DNA from: a virus
Lineage: Duplodnaviria; Heunggongvirae; Uroviricota; Caudoviricetes
IMG/VR virus record: IMGVR_UViG_3300033070_001123
Length of the DNA: 64,000 nt
Direction: 5' to 3' (one strand)
Translations under genes and position numbers: made by a program
Shown here: positions 28,001 to 37,183 of the stretch, piece by piece
How positions within the stretch are numbered: the first letter of the stretch is position 1
How the letters are laid out: each line of letters opens with the position of its first letter
Notes under the pieces: generated by a model
Database searches by the model: none
Told to the model about the DNA's origin: nothing
The model's input: the letters and a program-made list of their open reading frames with translations, nothing else

Positions 28001-30305
28001 AAACATCAAAGAAGAGAGAGAAGAAATAGTTTGTTGACAAAGATGCTTCTTTAATTTCATCAACAACCTGAGAAACGCTCTTATTAACAAGATCTGTTGT
28101 AAACGCAACAGTATTTGTTCCTGCTAGATATATTGTCAAAACACTGTTTACAATTTCAATCTCAAACTCATAGCTAAAAATTGAATCATAAAGAGATATG
28201 AAAGAGATAGCTTCGGTATTAATTGTTAAAAATATCTCAACAGTGCTTGAAGACAAGTCCGCCTGCTTAGCAGAAATAGTTGTATCAATAACAAGACCTT
28301 CTTCAATATAGCTTGCTGCGTCAAAAGTTGTTGTTTTGACAAGCTCCCACAAATTGATTGTTGGATCAAATCCTGCTATAAAAACAGAATCGCTATCATA
28401 CTTTGGTATGAAATATCCATCGAAAAAGCTTGCTCCATAACCATGTCCTATATAAAGGATGCCTTCGTCAGGAGAAGTTGCAATAGAGTTAATCTTTGTA
28501 TCAAAAACATCAACATTTTCTGTTGCAGCAAGAGAAGGTTGTTCTGTTTCTATGATCTTATAAACAACTCCACTTTCTGTTGGATTGATTGGATTTGCAG
28601 CAACAAGAACATTACCATCATGCTCCGTAATATCCGCAAGAGACATTCCAGTAAAGTCAACAAATTTCTCAAGCCTTATATCTGAATAAACAGAAGAACC
28701 AGGGTCAAATGCTCCGTCAACATTATAAACAACTCTCTTGAACAAACCTATAGCTTCAGAACCTCCATTAGAACCAATTTCAATAAACCTATCCGAAGCA
28801 GATTCCTTGAACTCGCCCGTTCCGTCTATAATAAGGCTATTCTGTATGTAAACCTTAATGTCATCAGCCTTAGCCGTAACAATGAGATTTCTAGGAACAG
28901 TCATATCAATATCAAAAATCTTGACATTAGACTTACCAAGCATGAGTTGGCACTTGGTTTCATAGAACCTTATTTCCGCAAATCTAGAACCGTCCGCAAA
29001 AGAAATTCTCTGATAGCCTTCGCCTGAAACGCTCAAAGACGCCTCAAATGTCCAGCCCTTTGAATTGCTAACTTCTCTTTCCCACAAGTTTCCGGCAACT
29101 CTAAAACTAGACGTTTCATAGTTTGTAAACAAGTCATTCTGATCGCTTGCAGAAACGGATACATAGTAATCAATACCTCTTCTAACAATATTATCAGGTA
29201 TGGTAAACTTATTGTCATAAGTCTCTATTACATTTGTATAGACATTATCAGAACCAGGCGCTGTGCCCATCTTTATCTTGGCATATCTACTTGACCTATT
29301 GTACGGAGAAATAACGTCCCACTCAAGAGTTGGGTTTACGCTATTGACGTTCAAATTACTTACAAGGCCATCAACTCTTAGGTTGACCGTCCTAAATCCT
29401 GCGTCTTGAATAACAACAGTTCTTGAAGATACTGTTGTTCCTGTAAAAATACCGTCGCTAGGCGCTACAGTAAAGAACACTTCGTCATTGGGCTTCAAAC
29501 CAAGTCTTACAAACTTTTCATCATTAGCTTCGCTAATGAGTTCATTGTTGATATACCATCTTATCTGGCTCTTATCTTGAACAAGCAAAGTCTGCGTATT
29601 TGGATCGTTTACGACATAGTTTGCTTCAAGTATGTCATTAACATTTGGGTTGATTGGTAAAATCTTGAGCGACTCTGTAACGGGAGGAAGCTTTATAATC
29701 CTAACGGCCTTTGCCGTTATTGTTGGCCCTTTCTCTAGATTGTCTACAGGCGTAATTTCACAATACCAGGAATCGCCATACCTAAGATACTCTTTAGATA
29801 TCTTTTGATAGTTGTCGAACTGATCATAGTGAACGCCATTCCTAATCCACTTAGTTTTGACCGTTACAGACTCAGACGACAAACCCAAGTCAAGTTCCAA
29901 ATCAGTTTGTTCAGACGGCTCTTCGGGAGTTATGCTGGCATGAGTCAAGAACGGCAAACGATTAACAATAAAAACAAAACGAACCCATTCGCTTTCTTCG
30001 TTTGTCGTGTCTTTTACTCTTATTTGTCCATAGTATTTCTGGCCGCGCTGCAAAAACTTTGGCTTAAATCTCCAATATTGAGATCTATCTCTTGCGTAAG
30101 GTTGACTCAAAATGTCAGGAATATAGTTTCCTGTTCCCCAATTAACATTATGCGTTCCTATGCGTATTTCATAGGAAAGCTGCTTGATAGACGGAGTTGT
30201 GGTCTGTATATCCCAATTAATCGTAATAACATCAAGAGGCACTTCGATTGAGGTGTCTTGTATGTTTGTATTGTTTATCTTTACCTGTGTAATTGAAATG
30301 GACAT
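22026..30305 (-). CDS. Giant multidomain virion protein, 2759 aa (Ig-like repeats, two jelly-roll-like repeats, several beta-propellers incl. Reg_prop-like, C-terminal FYxDP repeats)
   Basis: PxIAID..HVVWEDxR blades; GLPTNKVTTVKVDASNVAWIGSEEGL; two NSxGWT repeats; GQFIQFK..PSLRNV module. Confidence 0.82.
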   Translation of the reverse strand: MSISITQVKINNTNIQDTSIEVPLDVITINWDIQTTTPSIKQLSYEIRIGTHNVNWGTGNYIPDILSQPYARDRSQYWRFKPKFLQRGQKYYGQIRVKDTTNEESEWVRFVFIVNRLPFLTHASITPEEPSEQTDLELDLGLSSESVTVKTKWIRNGVHYDQFDNYQKISKEYLRYGDSWYCEITPVDNLEKGPTITAKAVRIIKLPPVTESLKILPINPNVNDILEANYVVNDPNTQTLLVQDKSQIRWYINNELISEANDEKFVRLGLKPNDEVFFTVAPSDGIFTGTTVSSRTVVIQDAGFRTVNLRVDGLVSNLNVNSVNPTLEWDVISPYNRSSRYAKIKMGTAPGSDNVYTNVIETYDNKFTIPDNIVRRGIDYYVSVSASDQNDLFTNYETSSFRVAGNLWEREVSNSKGWTFEASLSVSGEGYQRISFADGSRFAEIRFYETKCQLMLGKSNVKIFDIDMTVPRNLIVTAKADDIKVYIQNSLIIDGTGEFKESASDRFIEIGSNGGSEAIGLFKRVVYNVDGAFDPGSSVYSDIRLEKFVDFTGMSLADITEHDGNVLVAANPINPTESGVVYKIIETEQPSLAATENVDVFDTKINSIATSPDEGILYIGHGYGASFFDGYFIPKYDSDSVFIAGFDPTINLWELVKTTTFDAASYIEEGLVIDTTISAKQADLSSSTVEIFLTINTEAISFISLYDSIFSYEFEIEIVNSVLTIYLAGTNTVAFTTDLVNKSVSQVVDEIKEASLSTNYFFSLFFDVFANDISVASQSATRLDAVSRTAMFPSLTLRGDYQVTDTYNPSPYGTYSTGKWFYCHRKKGTPWFERVDNSRGWTIDFSLRIDDFEDSDTPSNTGKPKGTGIYVNDGLCSENIWFLPQEIIFEGTERSFLYDTTELTDYRLVGKKTRIKLYGKKASDQSYKLIAETTIKLAATNQGNAARPSVFCDSTGKTHAVWHDDGKGINRRQLYYSYYDANTEWSEPELIVSDDFSSSNPSIAIDSYGNIYVVYETTRSDYTDIAVITKNANGWSEPYLLTSNLYDSFAPKIAIDSKNNAHVVWEDHRVSQPQIFYCRRNASNGQWESNTFGKQDIQVTNEAVGAKRPAIISNNTSLYMSWTAFERNGSSSIKMAVYDDGQKKWNSAAQGGFDFSVSGTGSVRADNSTICIDLKGQVFVVWQDTVDNNIQLFGRQINPRLVFAKSVLQLTTGDYDSTHPKAGLNSATGDIFVVFEKQQEKIVSPYDPYVARASDVSLKSPSIAMLKWDASSQVWYSSNQDKPSSYTASFDVDFDFGLPKEAFRPNIPSKFSGNLHILFENLQVSSPREILHNNDIFGQVRDLIYDFSFVPDYNVSDHETALFGERRLDGDLNRKELRFGDFSDNLASRFVIGNLRYYLSDAVNPFNISLVSSATTNMPKTEVLAVASNNNGDSWFGTSIGLMYYDRDTSKAYLLDSDNYNIKGLSVNSISFDKKANMFLSTSSGIYVSSDHSYFFKLSGNLPAKPVCVDIDGLNNLYIASSEGLYIVSLNNIYSSLVLTKENATTVRTIAVAGDDIIKIDQNSGLPTNKVTTVKVDASNVAWIGSEEGLIRYSGGEISVFTTANGLNSNKINDIAIRNTAIRYIATTAGVNKMIGVGISPLNFDNTNAPPAAATQVGVGDVNLPIFVNAKAIRWRNPNILWIASGYNLFQITFTEESFTTERTEITKFRSSDFTLNAVLPKRNDDLQTFRVVGLDDRVISKNTVYEVILNGNKITRGYSFSPSDKLLRFSYPLSETDIIKVNVRFDIEKIGTFAQNKAQQIALGNKATRLERLVSANGSIFASTGGDINTLQINDSVSDLPFDKIILDRTPPRGKITLGTRRERSIFEVNVSPLEDDVEGVFDDVSGIDKMIVSNFTNFTSDGETPLEPIVFTRFLLHNVGEIFDSVSRQFTFESGKGRRLLSYQPIGGNQAMMAGTAEPANVYRYNGVDQTWDLIDTLDVVGGVANPSASVEFLIEYQGRIYAGTGSPNGSGKLWVMNSSTMKFDLLRTLPSNTHAYCAVVFDEVLYFGGGGGGYGALYSFDGTTTTEVFRNISGAIYSLVESDRELYAATGYEGRIYKLDPKNRTQQIVDVNADRNVLSIGKATVNGQGYIFAGMSANGQIKRSKVPDSPFVHSFKTVPSAVHSIRTISDKLYAAIGNTVYALDNVWNAKYTHNEQVRDVIGGLDSAVWFVSDSYIYKIGRAENVKRIYLKLIDRAGNETNLYTDDAQSTLNENLFDEISISDLASFINRNRVLKIDEFGNAVAIREGNDRFYSADIVEEESGEYFSEIFNGTNNLVAWDKISWDATIPDNTSVTVYVKTAATKDELLDKAFEFSVDGKDQSSDISFLTGQFIQFKVVMKSRVRGLSPSLRNVIIKSISSDSTHFFTTNFVLPSRVKSGIVTSTKLLPVSADVVFGINTNNSTDFAEYQIVDENRIFTTDDSQVGSGLRVGVRLITPTKAEASGLVPEEYSPYGLPLLLNAVEWSFKNEDNLERTCNFKVSFYEDPELTNLVYYADSNDSYVGFSSDGDIFPTGGVVLPPNNTTAMSFTPIGNTPLRCNTYYYVKVEMTNEVENLTVYDNYSFTQSCGTTYVDTISFDFTNTTANIETYHFRVRFYNDPERTDLKHTAFSGNDIANWFADEFALPVSGKMLNPGQTATINYTPLLSNIDAAKTYYLSIDVFNGEVFENNSNSFTFKANDATSQVYCGSYSDVPVVKNFSIMFELENNEFVSMRVKI

Positions 30306-30310
30306 CTAGT

Positions 30311-31378
30311 TCATATCCTAACTGATGACTTGTAAAGCTTTAGCACCCCATCCTGAACCCCAATGATAGAGTCAGAGCCGAAAGAATTCTTCTTCACAAA
30401 CTTAACTTCGTCTTTATTGGCAAAATCTCTTCTGACTTGCCACATAGTTCTATCGCCACGAAATAAAGTTCCGTCATTCCTTCCGGCATAGAAGTTCTTT
30501 CCATTACTCAAAACAGAGGTTACTCCAAGAGCGGTTGGGTCATCGCAAGCGAAGCAATTATTGACAATCTCCTTATACAGAAGAGACTTATCTATAACAT
30601 ACTCAACACCAAGATTTATAGCATTTGATATCGTCTTTGCATCAACAATATACTTGCCTATGAAAACAAGTTCGTCGAGGAAGCCGGCATTATCCCTCAA
30701 AAGAGAACTATAACCAATAGCTGACTTATTGATGCTAAAATAGGTTGAGTTTGTATTTATATTCGACGGAATTGACAGTCCATCCTCGGAGAAAAGATTC
30801 GCCTTAACTCCATTTATGTAAACATCCAGTCTTCTTCCAGGCCCATAATACGAAATCCAGAAATGATGAAGCTTACCGGCTTCGTATCTTTCCGTTTCAA
30901 CAGCAACCTGTCTCTTGTCTCCTCCTGTTAGAAGAATCTTCATAACATTGAAGCCGTCTTCTCTACTTTCTTCATATATGACAAAAGTGCCGTTACTTGA
31001 TGTTACATACCCGGTTGAACTTGTATACAAAAACTCAGACTTATCAAACAGTGCCATTCTATAGTAAACAGTAAGATTAGTAAGAGGGCTTACGGTTGGC
31101 GAAATCCAAAAAGACCTTAGCCAAAAACCGATTGAAAACTCTGTATTGTTACTAAGCAGCAAAGGAAGCGACATTGACGATTTTGGTCGCATTCTAAGAC
31201 CATTACCGTTTTCTGCTCTCTCTATGAAAGGAAATCTATCACCAAACAACTGTAAAGTTTGTTCGCTAATCTCATCAATAATAGGAGCAGATTCAAACTT
31301 CATGAAAAACTTAACATAGTCTCCAATAAGAAGCCTGTTATAATCTGTTGCTAGTATGTTTAGATTGACTGTTTCCAT
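30311..31378 (-). CDS. LamG/concanavalin-A-like domain protein, 355 aa
   Basis: EFSIGFWLR, LHHFWISY, LDVYING, LDELVF. Confidence 0.7.
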   Translation of the reverse strand: METVNLNILATDYNRLLIGDYVKFFMKFESAPIIDEISEQTLQLFGDRFPFIERAENGNGLRMRPKSSMSLPLLLSNNTEFSIGFWLRSFWISPTVSPLTNLTVYYRMALFDKSEFLYTSSTGYVTSSNGTFVIYEESREDGFNVMKILLTGGDKRQVAVETERYEAGKLHHFWISYYGPGRRLDVYINGVKANLFSEDGLSIPSNINTNSTYFSINKSAIGYSSLLRDNAGFLDELVFIGKYIVDAKTISNAINLGVEYVIDKSLLYKEIVNNCFACDDPTALGVTSVLSNGKNFYAGRNDGTLFRGDRTMWQVRRDFANKDEVKFVKKNSFGSDSIIGVQDGVLKLYKSSVRI

Positions 31379-31379
31379 A

Positions 31380-32795
31380 TTACACCTTGCTATAAATAAC
31401 GCTTAGAGAAAATCTGTTGTTCAAGAACTCGTCATTTGACTCAGAAATAGATCGTTCAATCCAAACATAAATAACCTCATTAGGTTTTAGATCTTTACCG
31501 CTCGTTCGATTACCTAAGACATTAATTGAAACTGCTGTTGTTTCATTGTTGGCGTCAAAAAACTCAGAAACATTAGAACCGTTTGGAGCTTTCGTTCCTG
31601 ATTTTGTTCTATGCGAAGGAGCCGTATCTATATAGAACTGATCACCAATTGAAATAGAATTTGGCAATCTCTCGTCAATTTCTATTGTTCCACTACTTGC
31701 TGTAAAGGACTTAACAAGTCTCTTTTGTCCATTGTTATTACCTGATATGAAAACAATAGGAGCGGCTACAAAATGATTGTCTTCGTAAACTCCAGCTAAA
31801 TCAGCAACAGCAAATGCAGTTATACCAGTAGACGTAGAAGTTCCTGAATAATAATCGCTATTTGGAGCCTCAATAGCAAGTCTAACAGTGGATAAGTTAT
31901 TTCTACTGTTTATCTTAAAGAAAACCTTCATGTCTTTAGCAATATCCTCAGCATGTTCATTTTTGATAGCAATGCATCTATACTGCTTTCTTTCAGGACT
32001 AAAGTTCAAATCAAAGAAATCATTCTTCAATATTTCCCGAACAATAGACCCCTTTGAGTGACTTCTCAGAGGAGTATTATATGCATTTCTTTCCGCTATA
32101 TAACCAACATTACTAGACCACTTACTAATTCTTATGATTTCTTCGCCTATTTGAACATATTCGCTCTTCTGTAAATCAACTATTGAAAAGCCGTCACTTA
32201 CGGACTGTCCAAGATACAGTATCTTGTCATATATGGAAACCGAAGACAATAAAGCAACTCCTCTATAAAGTTCATTTGTACTAACATAACCTCCCAGAGA
32301 CTGAGTGTAATTATTTTGCAAAGACACTGGCTCTGCACTTGTTAGATGATATGTAATATCAGTTGATAGAGTTGAAAACGTTGAGTTAATGTTTGTTGTT
32401 TCTGCGGAAAAATATGCCCAAGTTCCAGAAACTGATGTAAAAGCTGTATCCTTAAGAAGCATTGAAGACAAATAATCGAAAGAATTAACAGATTCTGCAA
32501 AAACCTCAACATAGGTATTCAATGACCTTACTAGCTCTGATATAGGTTGCCCAACCAACGGTATCTGGACAAGAGTAGACTCCGTTCCTGACGAATCAAT
32601 AAAAACGCCCGCCAAAACCTTAATGCCCTCGACAGTCAGAACGCAAAACTTTGCAGAAACAAATGGAGTTACCGAGTTTTCGCTCTTTGCGAACTGAATT
32701 CTAAGCGCAGAATCATCAATTGGCTCATAGAGAGCCTTATCCGTCGAAGTCAAATTATAAGTACCTGAAATCGTTTTTTGAGAGAACAAGCTCAT
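31380..32795 (-). CDS. Putative tail-tip structural protein, 471 aa
   Basis: SLGGYVS..NDFFD..YRCIAIKN..VWIER core with inserted beta modules; ATGA overlap with upstream gene. Confidence 0.65.
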   Translation of the reverse strand: MSLFSQKTISGTYNLTSTDKALYEPIDDSALRIQFAKSENSVTPFVSAKFCVLTVEGIKVLAGVFIDSSGTESTLVQIPLVGQPISELVRSLNTYVEVFAESVNSFDYLSSMLLKDTAFTSVSGTWAYFSAETTNINSTFSTLSTDITYHLTSAEPVSLQNNYTQSLGGYVSTNELYRGVALLSSVSIYDKILYLGQSVSDGFSIVDLQKSEYVQIGEEIIRISKWSSNVGYIAERNAYNTPLRSHSKGSIVREILKNDFFDLNFSPERKQYRCIAIKNEHAEDIAKDMKVFFKINSRNNLSTVRLAIEAPNSDYYSGTSTSTGITAFAVADLAGVYEDNHFVAAPIVFISGNNNGQKRLVKSFTASSGTIEIDERLPNSISIGDQFYIDTAPSHRTKSGTKAPNGSNVSEFFDANNETTAVSINVLGNRTSGKDLKPNEVIYVWIERSISESNDEFLNNRFSLSVIYSKV

Positions 32796-34354
32796 ACAGT
32801 GACCTCTAGGAATGATTGTCCGTCGTAAATATGTATCCTCTTGGAATTTCTGGGAACAATGTAAAGCAATGAATTATCTGAGTACAACCTATACAATTGA
32901 GACCCAAAGTTCTTGATATACGTTACATTTGTTCCGTCATAATGATAGAGACTTCCATTTTTGCATCCAAAAAACAGCTTATCCCTAAACTGGTGCATCG
33001 CCAAAATCTCAGAATCAATTTCGCTTAGACTGAAAACTTCCTCTAATACAAAGCCTGTCCATCTATAGACCAAAGCGGTACTATCGCTTGTTTGAGCCGA
33101 AGCATACAATATATCACCGTAAACCGCTAAGCAATTAATTTGTTCATTGACATATGTTATGAAAGAGCCATTGGGGTTAAATCTATGAATAGAAGGTTGG
33201 CTACCGTTCTGAGCAAGCCAGACAGTATCAGCATTTTGCGAAACAATATCAGCAATATCGTTATTGTCAATTTCAAACAAAACTCTAAAGCTTCTTGTTT
33301 CAGAGCTAGTTCTATTAGCGCCAAAATCCTGGAACTTAACTTTCAAAGTCTTAACGCCGTCATCCTCTGTTAGCGCCCAATACTTTACGTTCGCAAATGA
33401 TTCTGGAGGTCCAACAATATCTTCTTCTGCCTCTTCTATAAACTGCATAGAATGAACACCTGTAACCTCATCATATGCATACATCTTAACAGAAACGTTC
33501 TCATTCCTTGTAAACTGTTCAGAGTCGTTGATTTGTATATAGCCGCTTGGTGGCTTCGTATCTATCAAGAAAAAGCCTTCTTGAATAATAGACACATCTC
33601 TAACGTTAATTTCTTGCGATTTGTTTCCATCGTCATCAGCTAGATAGATAGTTAAAACATAGTCGTCTGAAGGAGGTAATAGCGAAGTGTCCCAAACAAT
33701 AGGGCCTGCACCAACTGGCATTCTTTGCGCAACAGGAGTGTAAGGAATTTGAGCTTTTAATGAACTGAAATAAATGTAATACTTAGCTCTTTGAGTAAAG
33801 CCATTCATAATACCAGAGTCATCAAAAATAAACTTGACTGTTGAACCGTATCTAGCACCAGGAATAGGAGAAAGAACTGTTGGAGTAACAGGCTGCGCTT
33901 TCCTTATTGAGAAAGAAGCCGCAGAAATAGACATGGTACTTCTCTCTCCTCTACTATTAACAGCCCTAACACCAACTCTAACATTCTGACTCTTAATGCT
34001 GTTTCCAACTTTCCACAAAAACTTACCTATTCCAGACGGAACAGAAGCAATCATCTTCCAATCCGGTTCTGTCATATAATCATAATTCTCTGTGAAGTAA
34101 ATCTCGTACCAAACTTCCAAATTATCTGTAGAAGGAGGAGACGGTTCTTGCCATGAAACCTCTATTTCTCTTGTAAGAATATCTTCTCCGCCATTTGGAT
34201 AAATAAGTGTTGGCCTATTGATAGCATTCTGTGAACCAGAAGTTAGAATTGTCGGAATCGAAGAAGGGGTTGACTGAACAATAATTCTCCATTCGAAACT
34301 CAAATCAAATGTATCAGGAACCGACCATGTATATGTTACAGATAAAGTTGACAA
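32792..34354 (-). CDS. Ig-like plus beta-propeller structural protein, 520 aa (TTG start directly after upstream TAA)
   Basis: YPNGGE, IDTKPPSG..KTLKVKFQD Ig-like modules; C-terminal GxLY/LFFG..GSLYHYDG blades. Confidence 0.7.
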   Translation of the reverse strand: MSTLSVTYTWSVPDTFDLSFEWRIIVQSTPSSIPTILTSGSQNAINRPTLIYPNGGEDILTREIEVSWQEPSPPSTDNLEVWYEIYFTENYDYMTEPDWKMIASVPSGIGKFLWKVGNSIKSQNVRVGVRAVNSRGERSTMSISAASFSIRKAQPVTPTVLSPIPGARYGSTVKFIFDDSGIMNGFTQRAKYYIYFSSLKAQIPYTPVAQRMPVGAGPIVWDTSLLPPSDDYVLTIYLADDDGNKSQEINVRDVSIIQEGFFLIDTKPPSGYIQINDSEQFTRNENVSVKMYAYDEVTGVHSMQFIEEAEEDIVGPPESFANVKYWALTEDDGVKTLKVKFQDFGANRTSSETRSFRVLFEIDNNDIADIVSQNADTVWLAQNGSQPSIHRFNPNGSFITYVNEQINCLAVYGDILYASAQTSDSTALVYRWTGFVLEEVFSLSEIDSEILAMHQFRDKLFFGCKNGSLYHYDGTNVTYIKNFGSQLYRLYSDNSLLYIVPRNSKRIHIYDGQSFLEVTV

Positions 34355-36019
34355 TTATACTCCTCCTGGCCCAATTGGAATAATATCACCAGGATCGGTT
34401 ATAACCGATGGAGGACTTGATGTTGGCGGAGTATACACAGAGCCTTCTACATAATCAATAGAAAGAATACCTTCCTTCAAACCAACTTCCGAAGTTTCAA
34501 ATGATACAGAAAAAGTCATAGCATTACCATTATTAGGAATAAGAGTATACGGAAACGACGGAAGGCCTGATAGTGGCATGCTAGGAGAAGAAGAAGAAAC
34601 AGAATTTATAATCAAACTCTTGTAAATACCTGAATTCTTCAACACAAAATATCTTGACAATGGACGGTCTCTTTCAACAGTTCCAAAATCCGTTTCCTGA
34701 CCGTCAACAAGAACCGAATTAGAAGACCCAGAAGAAAAGCCTTCGCTAAACTCAATCTTGGATTGTTGCAGAACAGCATAAGTAAGAGTAAAATTGTAAA
34801 CAGAGTTAGTTCTGCTATTAGAAACTATTTGAACACTAACAGATTTGCTGCCTTCAACATTGGTTGATAAGTTGATATTGATATTACCATAAAACGATGG
34901 CGGTATAACAGTCCCAGACCCAATAGAACCCGAAGAAAGATTACCGTCTTTGCCAATAGTAACTGACGATATTATTAGCGAACTTGTTCCTGTATTATAA
35001 ACTCTAACAGTAACAACTTTTGTAATGCCAATCGGGAATGAAGACAAAGAAAAAGACGATCCTTCGCCTATCACGTTGTTTTGATAGGAAGGAGTAATAG
35101 TTGAAAACAAATCTTGGACAATTGATGTTACTGAAAATTGATAACCAAAAGTAAACTGGCTTATCAGTGCATCGCTTTCAACAGATACTGTATCCTCATT
35201 AGAGCCTTGAGTTTGTGAAAAATACTCAAATGATACTGGGAGAAATTCGCCTTTCGAAATTTCAGTAACAACTGTAGGCCACGATTCGGACTCAAATGTA
35301 ATATATCCCTTTTCTGAGGAGATTCCGCCTTGCGGTATAATTACTTTCGTATCGCCAACGTTATAAAGGTAAAACTTATCTCCACCTGGTTGATTGATAA
35401 TATCAGGCAAAAAGGTCGAATCTTTATCTTCCATAACAAAACCAGATTCAGTTACGGCAAGTAGATAGCCAACTTCTGTAGAATTCACTATCTCAATCTC
35501 AATTGAATATACTCGTATTTCAACAGTTTCCTGCAAAGGATTGGTTCCGTCAAAAGACAGGACAAAATCAAATTTGTCTGAAGATAACTTTTCATCAACA
35601 GGTATGTTATTCAAATAAAAAGAAACTACTGCCGTCTTAATTGAGCCTTCACTATCGTCGTTTATAATTCCGTTAACGATTTGAGAATTTAGCTCAAGGT
35701 CTCCTCCGTCAATTGCAACATAAGGCTGCAAAGAAATAGAAGCTCCTCCGCCTTTAGTGCAATCGAAAGAATACTTCACCTTAAACTTCAAAGCAGCGAT
35801 TGCTGGATACGTCGCTAGAAACTCAGCAATTTCTATATTTTTGAAATTATATGCAATATGTTCTGTTGTAAAAGACTCTTTCTCGGACTGTGTAGAAGCC
35901 CAAACATCATTGAGAGGATTCTCGCCGAGACTATCAGTAACATTGCTCCAGGTCTCTCCCTCTTTTGTTGTCAAGAGATCTAGGGCTTCAGCAAATGAGT
36001 TATAATTAGGGCCTGCCAT
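34355..36019 (-). CDS. Structural protein with ASH/choice-of-anchor-D-like Ig domains, 554 aa
   Basis: VRVYNTGTSSLIISSV, GSKSVSVQIVSN, TDFGTV..FVLKNSG; Pro/Ser/Thr-rich C-terminus. Confidence 0.7.
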   Translation of the reverse strand: MAGPNYNSFAEALDLLTTKEGETWSNVTDSLGENPLNDVWASTQSEKESFTTEHIAYNFKNIEIAEFLATYPAIAALKFKVKYSFDCTKGGGASISLQPYVAIDGGDLELNSQIVNGIINDDSEGSIKTAVVSFYLNNIPVDEKLSSDKFDFVLSFDGTNPLQETVEIRVYSIEIEIVNSTEVGYLLAVTESGFVMEDKDSTFLPDIINQPGGDKFYLYNVGDTKVIIPQGGISSEKGYITFESESWPTVVTEISKGEFLPVSFEYFSQTQGSNEDTVSVESDALISQFTFGYQFSVTSIVQDLFSTITPSYQNNVIGEGSSFSLSSFPIGITKVVTVRVYNTGTSSLIISSVTIGKDGNLSSGSIGSGTVIPPSFYGNININLSTNVEGSKSVSVQIVSNSRTNSVYNFTLTYAVLQQSKIEFSEGFSSGSSNSVLVDGQETDFGTVERDRPLSRYFVLKNSGIYKSLIINSVSSSSPSMPLSGLPSFPYTLIPNNGNAMTFSVSFETSEVGLKEGILSIDYVEGSVYTPPTSSPPSVITDPGDIIPIGPGGV

Positions 36020-36030
36020 AAACTAAATCC

Positions 36031-37128
36031 TTATGCAGAAACTTCCCATTGTATTCTTAGAGATGCATTCCTTTTACCTAAAACTGAAGAATCAAATCTA
36101 GTAGTAAACTGAACTGAATTTCCATTATTAGGTTCTAAAACAAAAGGAAGAGAAGGCAAACCTACGAGGATAGCGCTTCCTTCAACAAGTATATTTGTTA
36201 CCCGAATACCATAAGAAATACCACCATTTTCAAGAGTAATTGTCTTATTGATTACGCTCTTATGATTGAAAGATCCAAGATTAACTGCATCCCCATCAAA
36301 TACTTCATTTGAAGACTGCTGGACTTCTAAGCTAAATGGCTTAGCAATCTCATATATAACAGTAAATACAAATGGATTCTCGTCAGGATCGTTTGATGTA
36401 ATAACAACAACAAATGATTTTTGACCCAAAGAAGCTGTATCCAAAGAAACAGTAAGCGTTGTATTAGAGTTGAAAGACAGATTAACCGCTGAAGATTCTG
36501 AAGGATCTGTAATAACGGTTTCATCTCCTTGTATAGAAGTTACACTAATGCCTCCTTGAGGAATAGTCAATGTAGGAATTGCATAATTATATATTTGAAA
36601 ATTCACAAGACCAACACTCTCTTGAGCAAACTTACCAACATCAATAGATGATTGCTGCTGAATGCTACCTGCGCTATAAAGAATAGCTATATCAGGATAA
36701 GAAACAGAAGGAGCAGTAACTGAAAAGAAAAACGAATATTTGAATTCGGGATTAGTTGCATCATTTGAAATGACCGTTATGCTTACGCTCTTGTTACCAA
36801 CAACAGACGTATCTATGTCTATTTTTACAAATATACCTTCTTGCGGTAATATATCGTAAGGCAATTCAATAACTTCATCTTCATTTACGCTATAAACTGC
36901 TCCATATTTTTTGAAACCAAATATCTTCTCAGAAGTTCCAGATCCATCAATCTTCATACCATCTGACGGTATAAATACAGGAGCAGACGAATCTTTATTA
37001 ACAATGAAAACATAAAAAGAGAACGTTGTATTTTGAACAAACGAGCCTAAGGAAAGACTTCCTTTGTCAAAAAGTTCTTCGCCCTCACTTGAGGAACCGA
37101 AAACATATTTTAGTTCGCCACTTGCCAT
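36031..37128 (-). CDS. Protein of three ASH/choice-of-anchor-D-like Ig domains, 365 aa
   Basis: GNKSVSITVISNDATNP, GQKSFVVVITSNDPDENPF, GKRNASLRI repeats; AAGGAG RBS. Confidence 0.75.
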   Translation of the reverse strand: MASGELKYVFGSSSEGEELFDKGSLSLGSFVQNTTFSFYVFIVNKDSSAPVFIPSDGMKIDGSGTSEKIFGFKKYGAVYSVNEDEVIELPYDILPQEGIFVKIDIDTSVVGNKSVSITVISNDATNPEFKYSFFFSVTAPSVSYPDIAILYSAGSIQQQSSIDVGKFAQESVGLVNFQIYNYAIPTLTIPQGGISVTSIQGDETVITDPSESSAVNLSFNSNTTLTVSLDTASLGQKSFVVVITSNDPDENPFVFTVIYEIAKPFSLEVQQSSNEVFDGDAVNLGSFNHKSVINKTITLENGGISYGIRVTNILVEGSAILVGLPSLPFVLEPNNGNSVQFTTRFDSSVLGKRNASLRIQWEVSA

Positions 37129-37183
37129 TCAAGACTCCTTAGTTCAATATCGTCTTAAGCTCTACATTATCAACCATCTAAAA

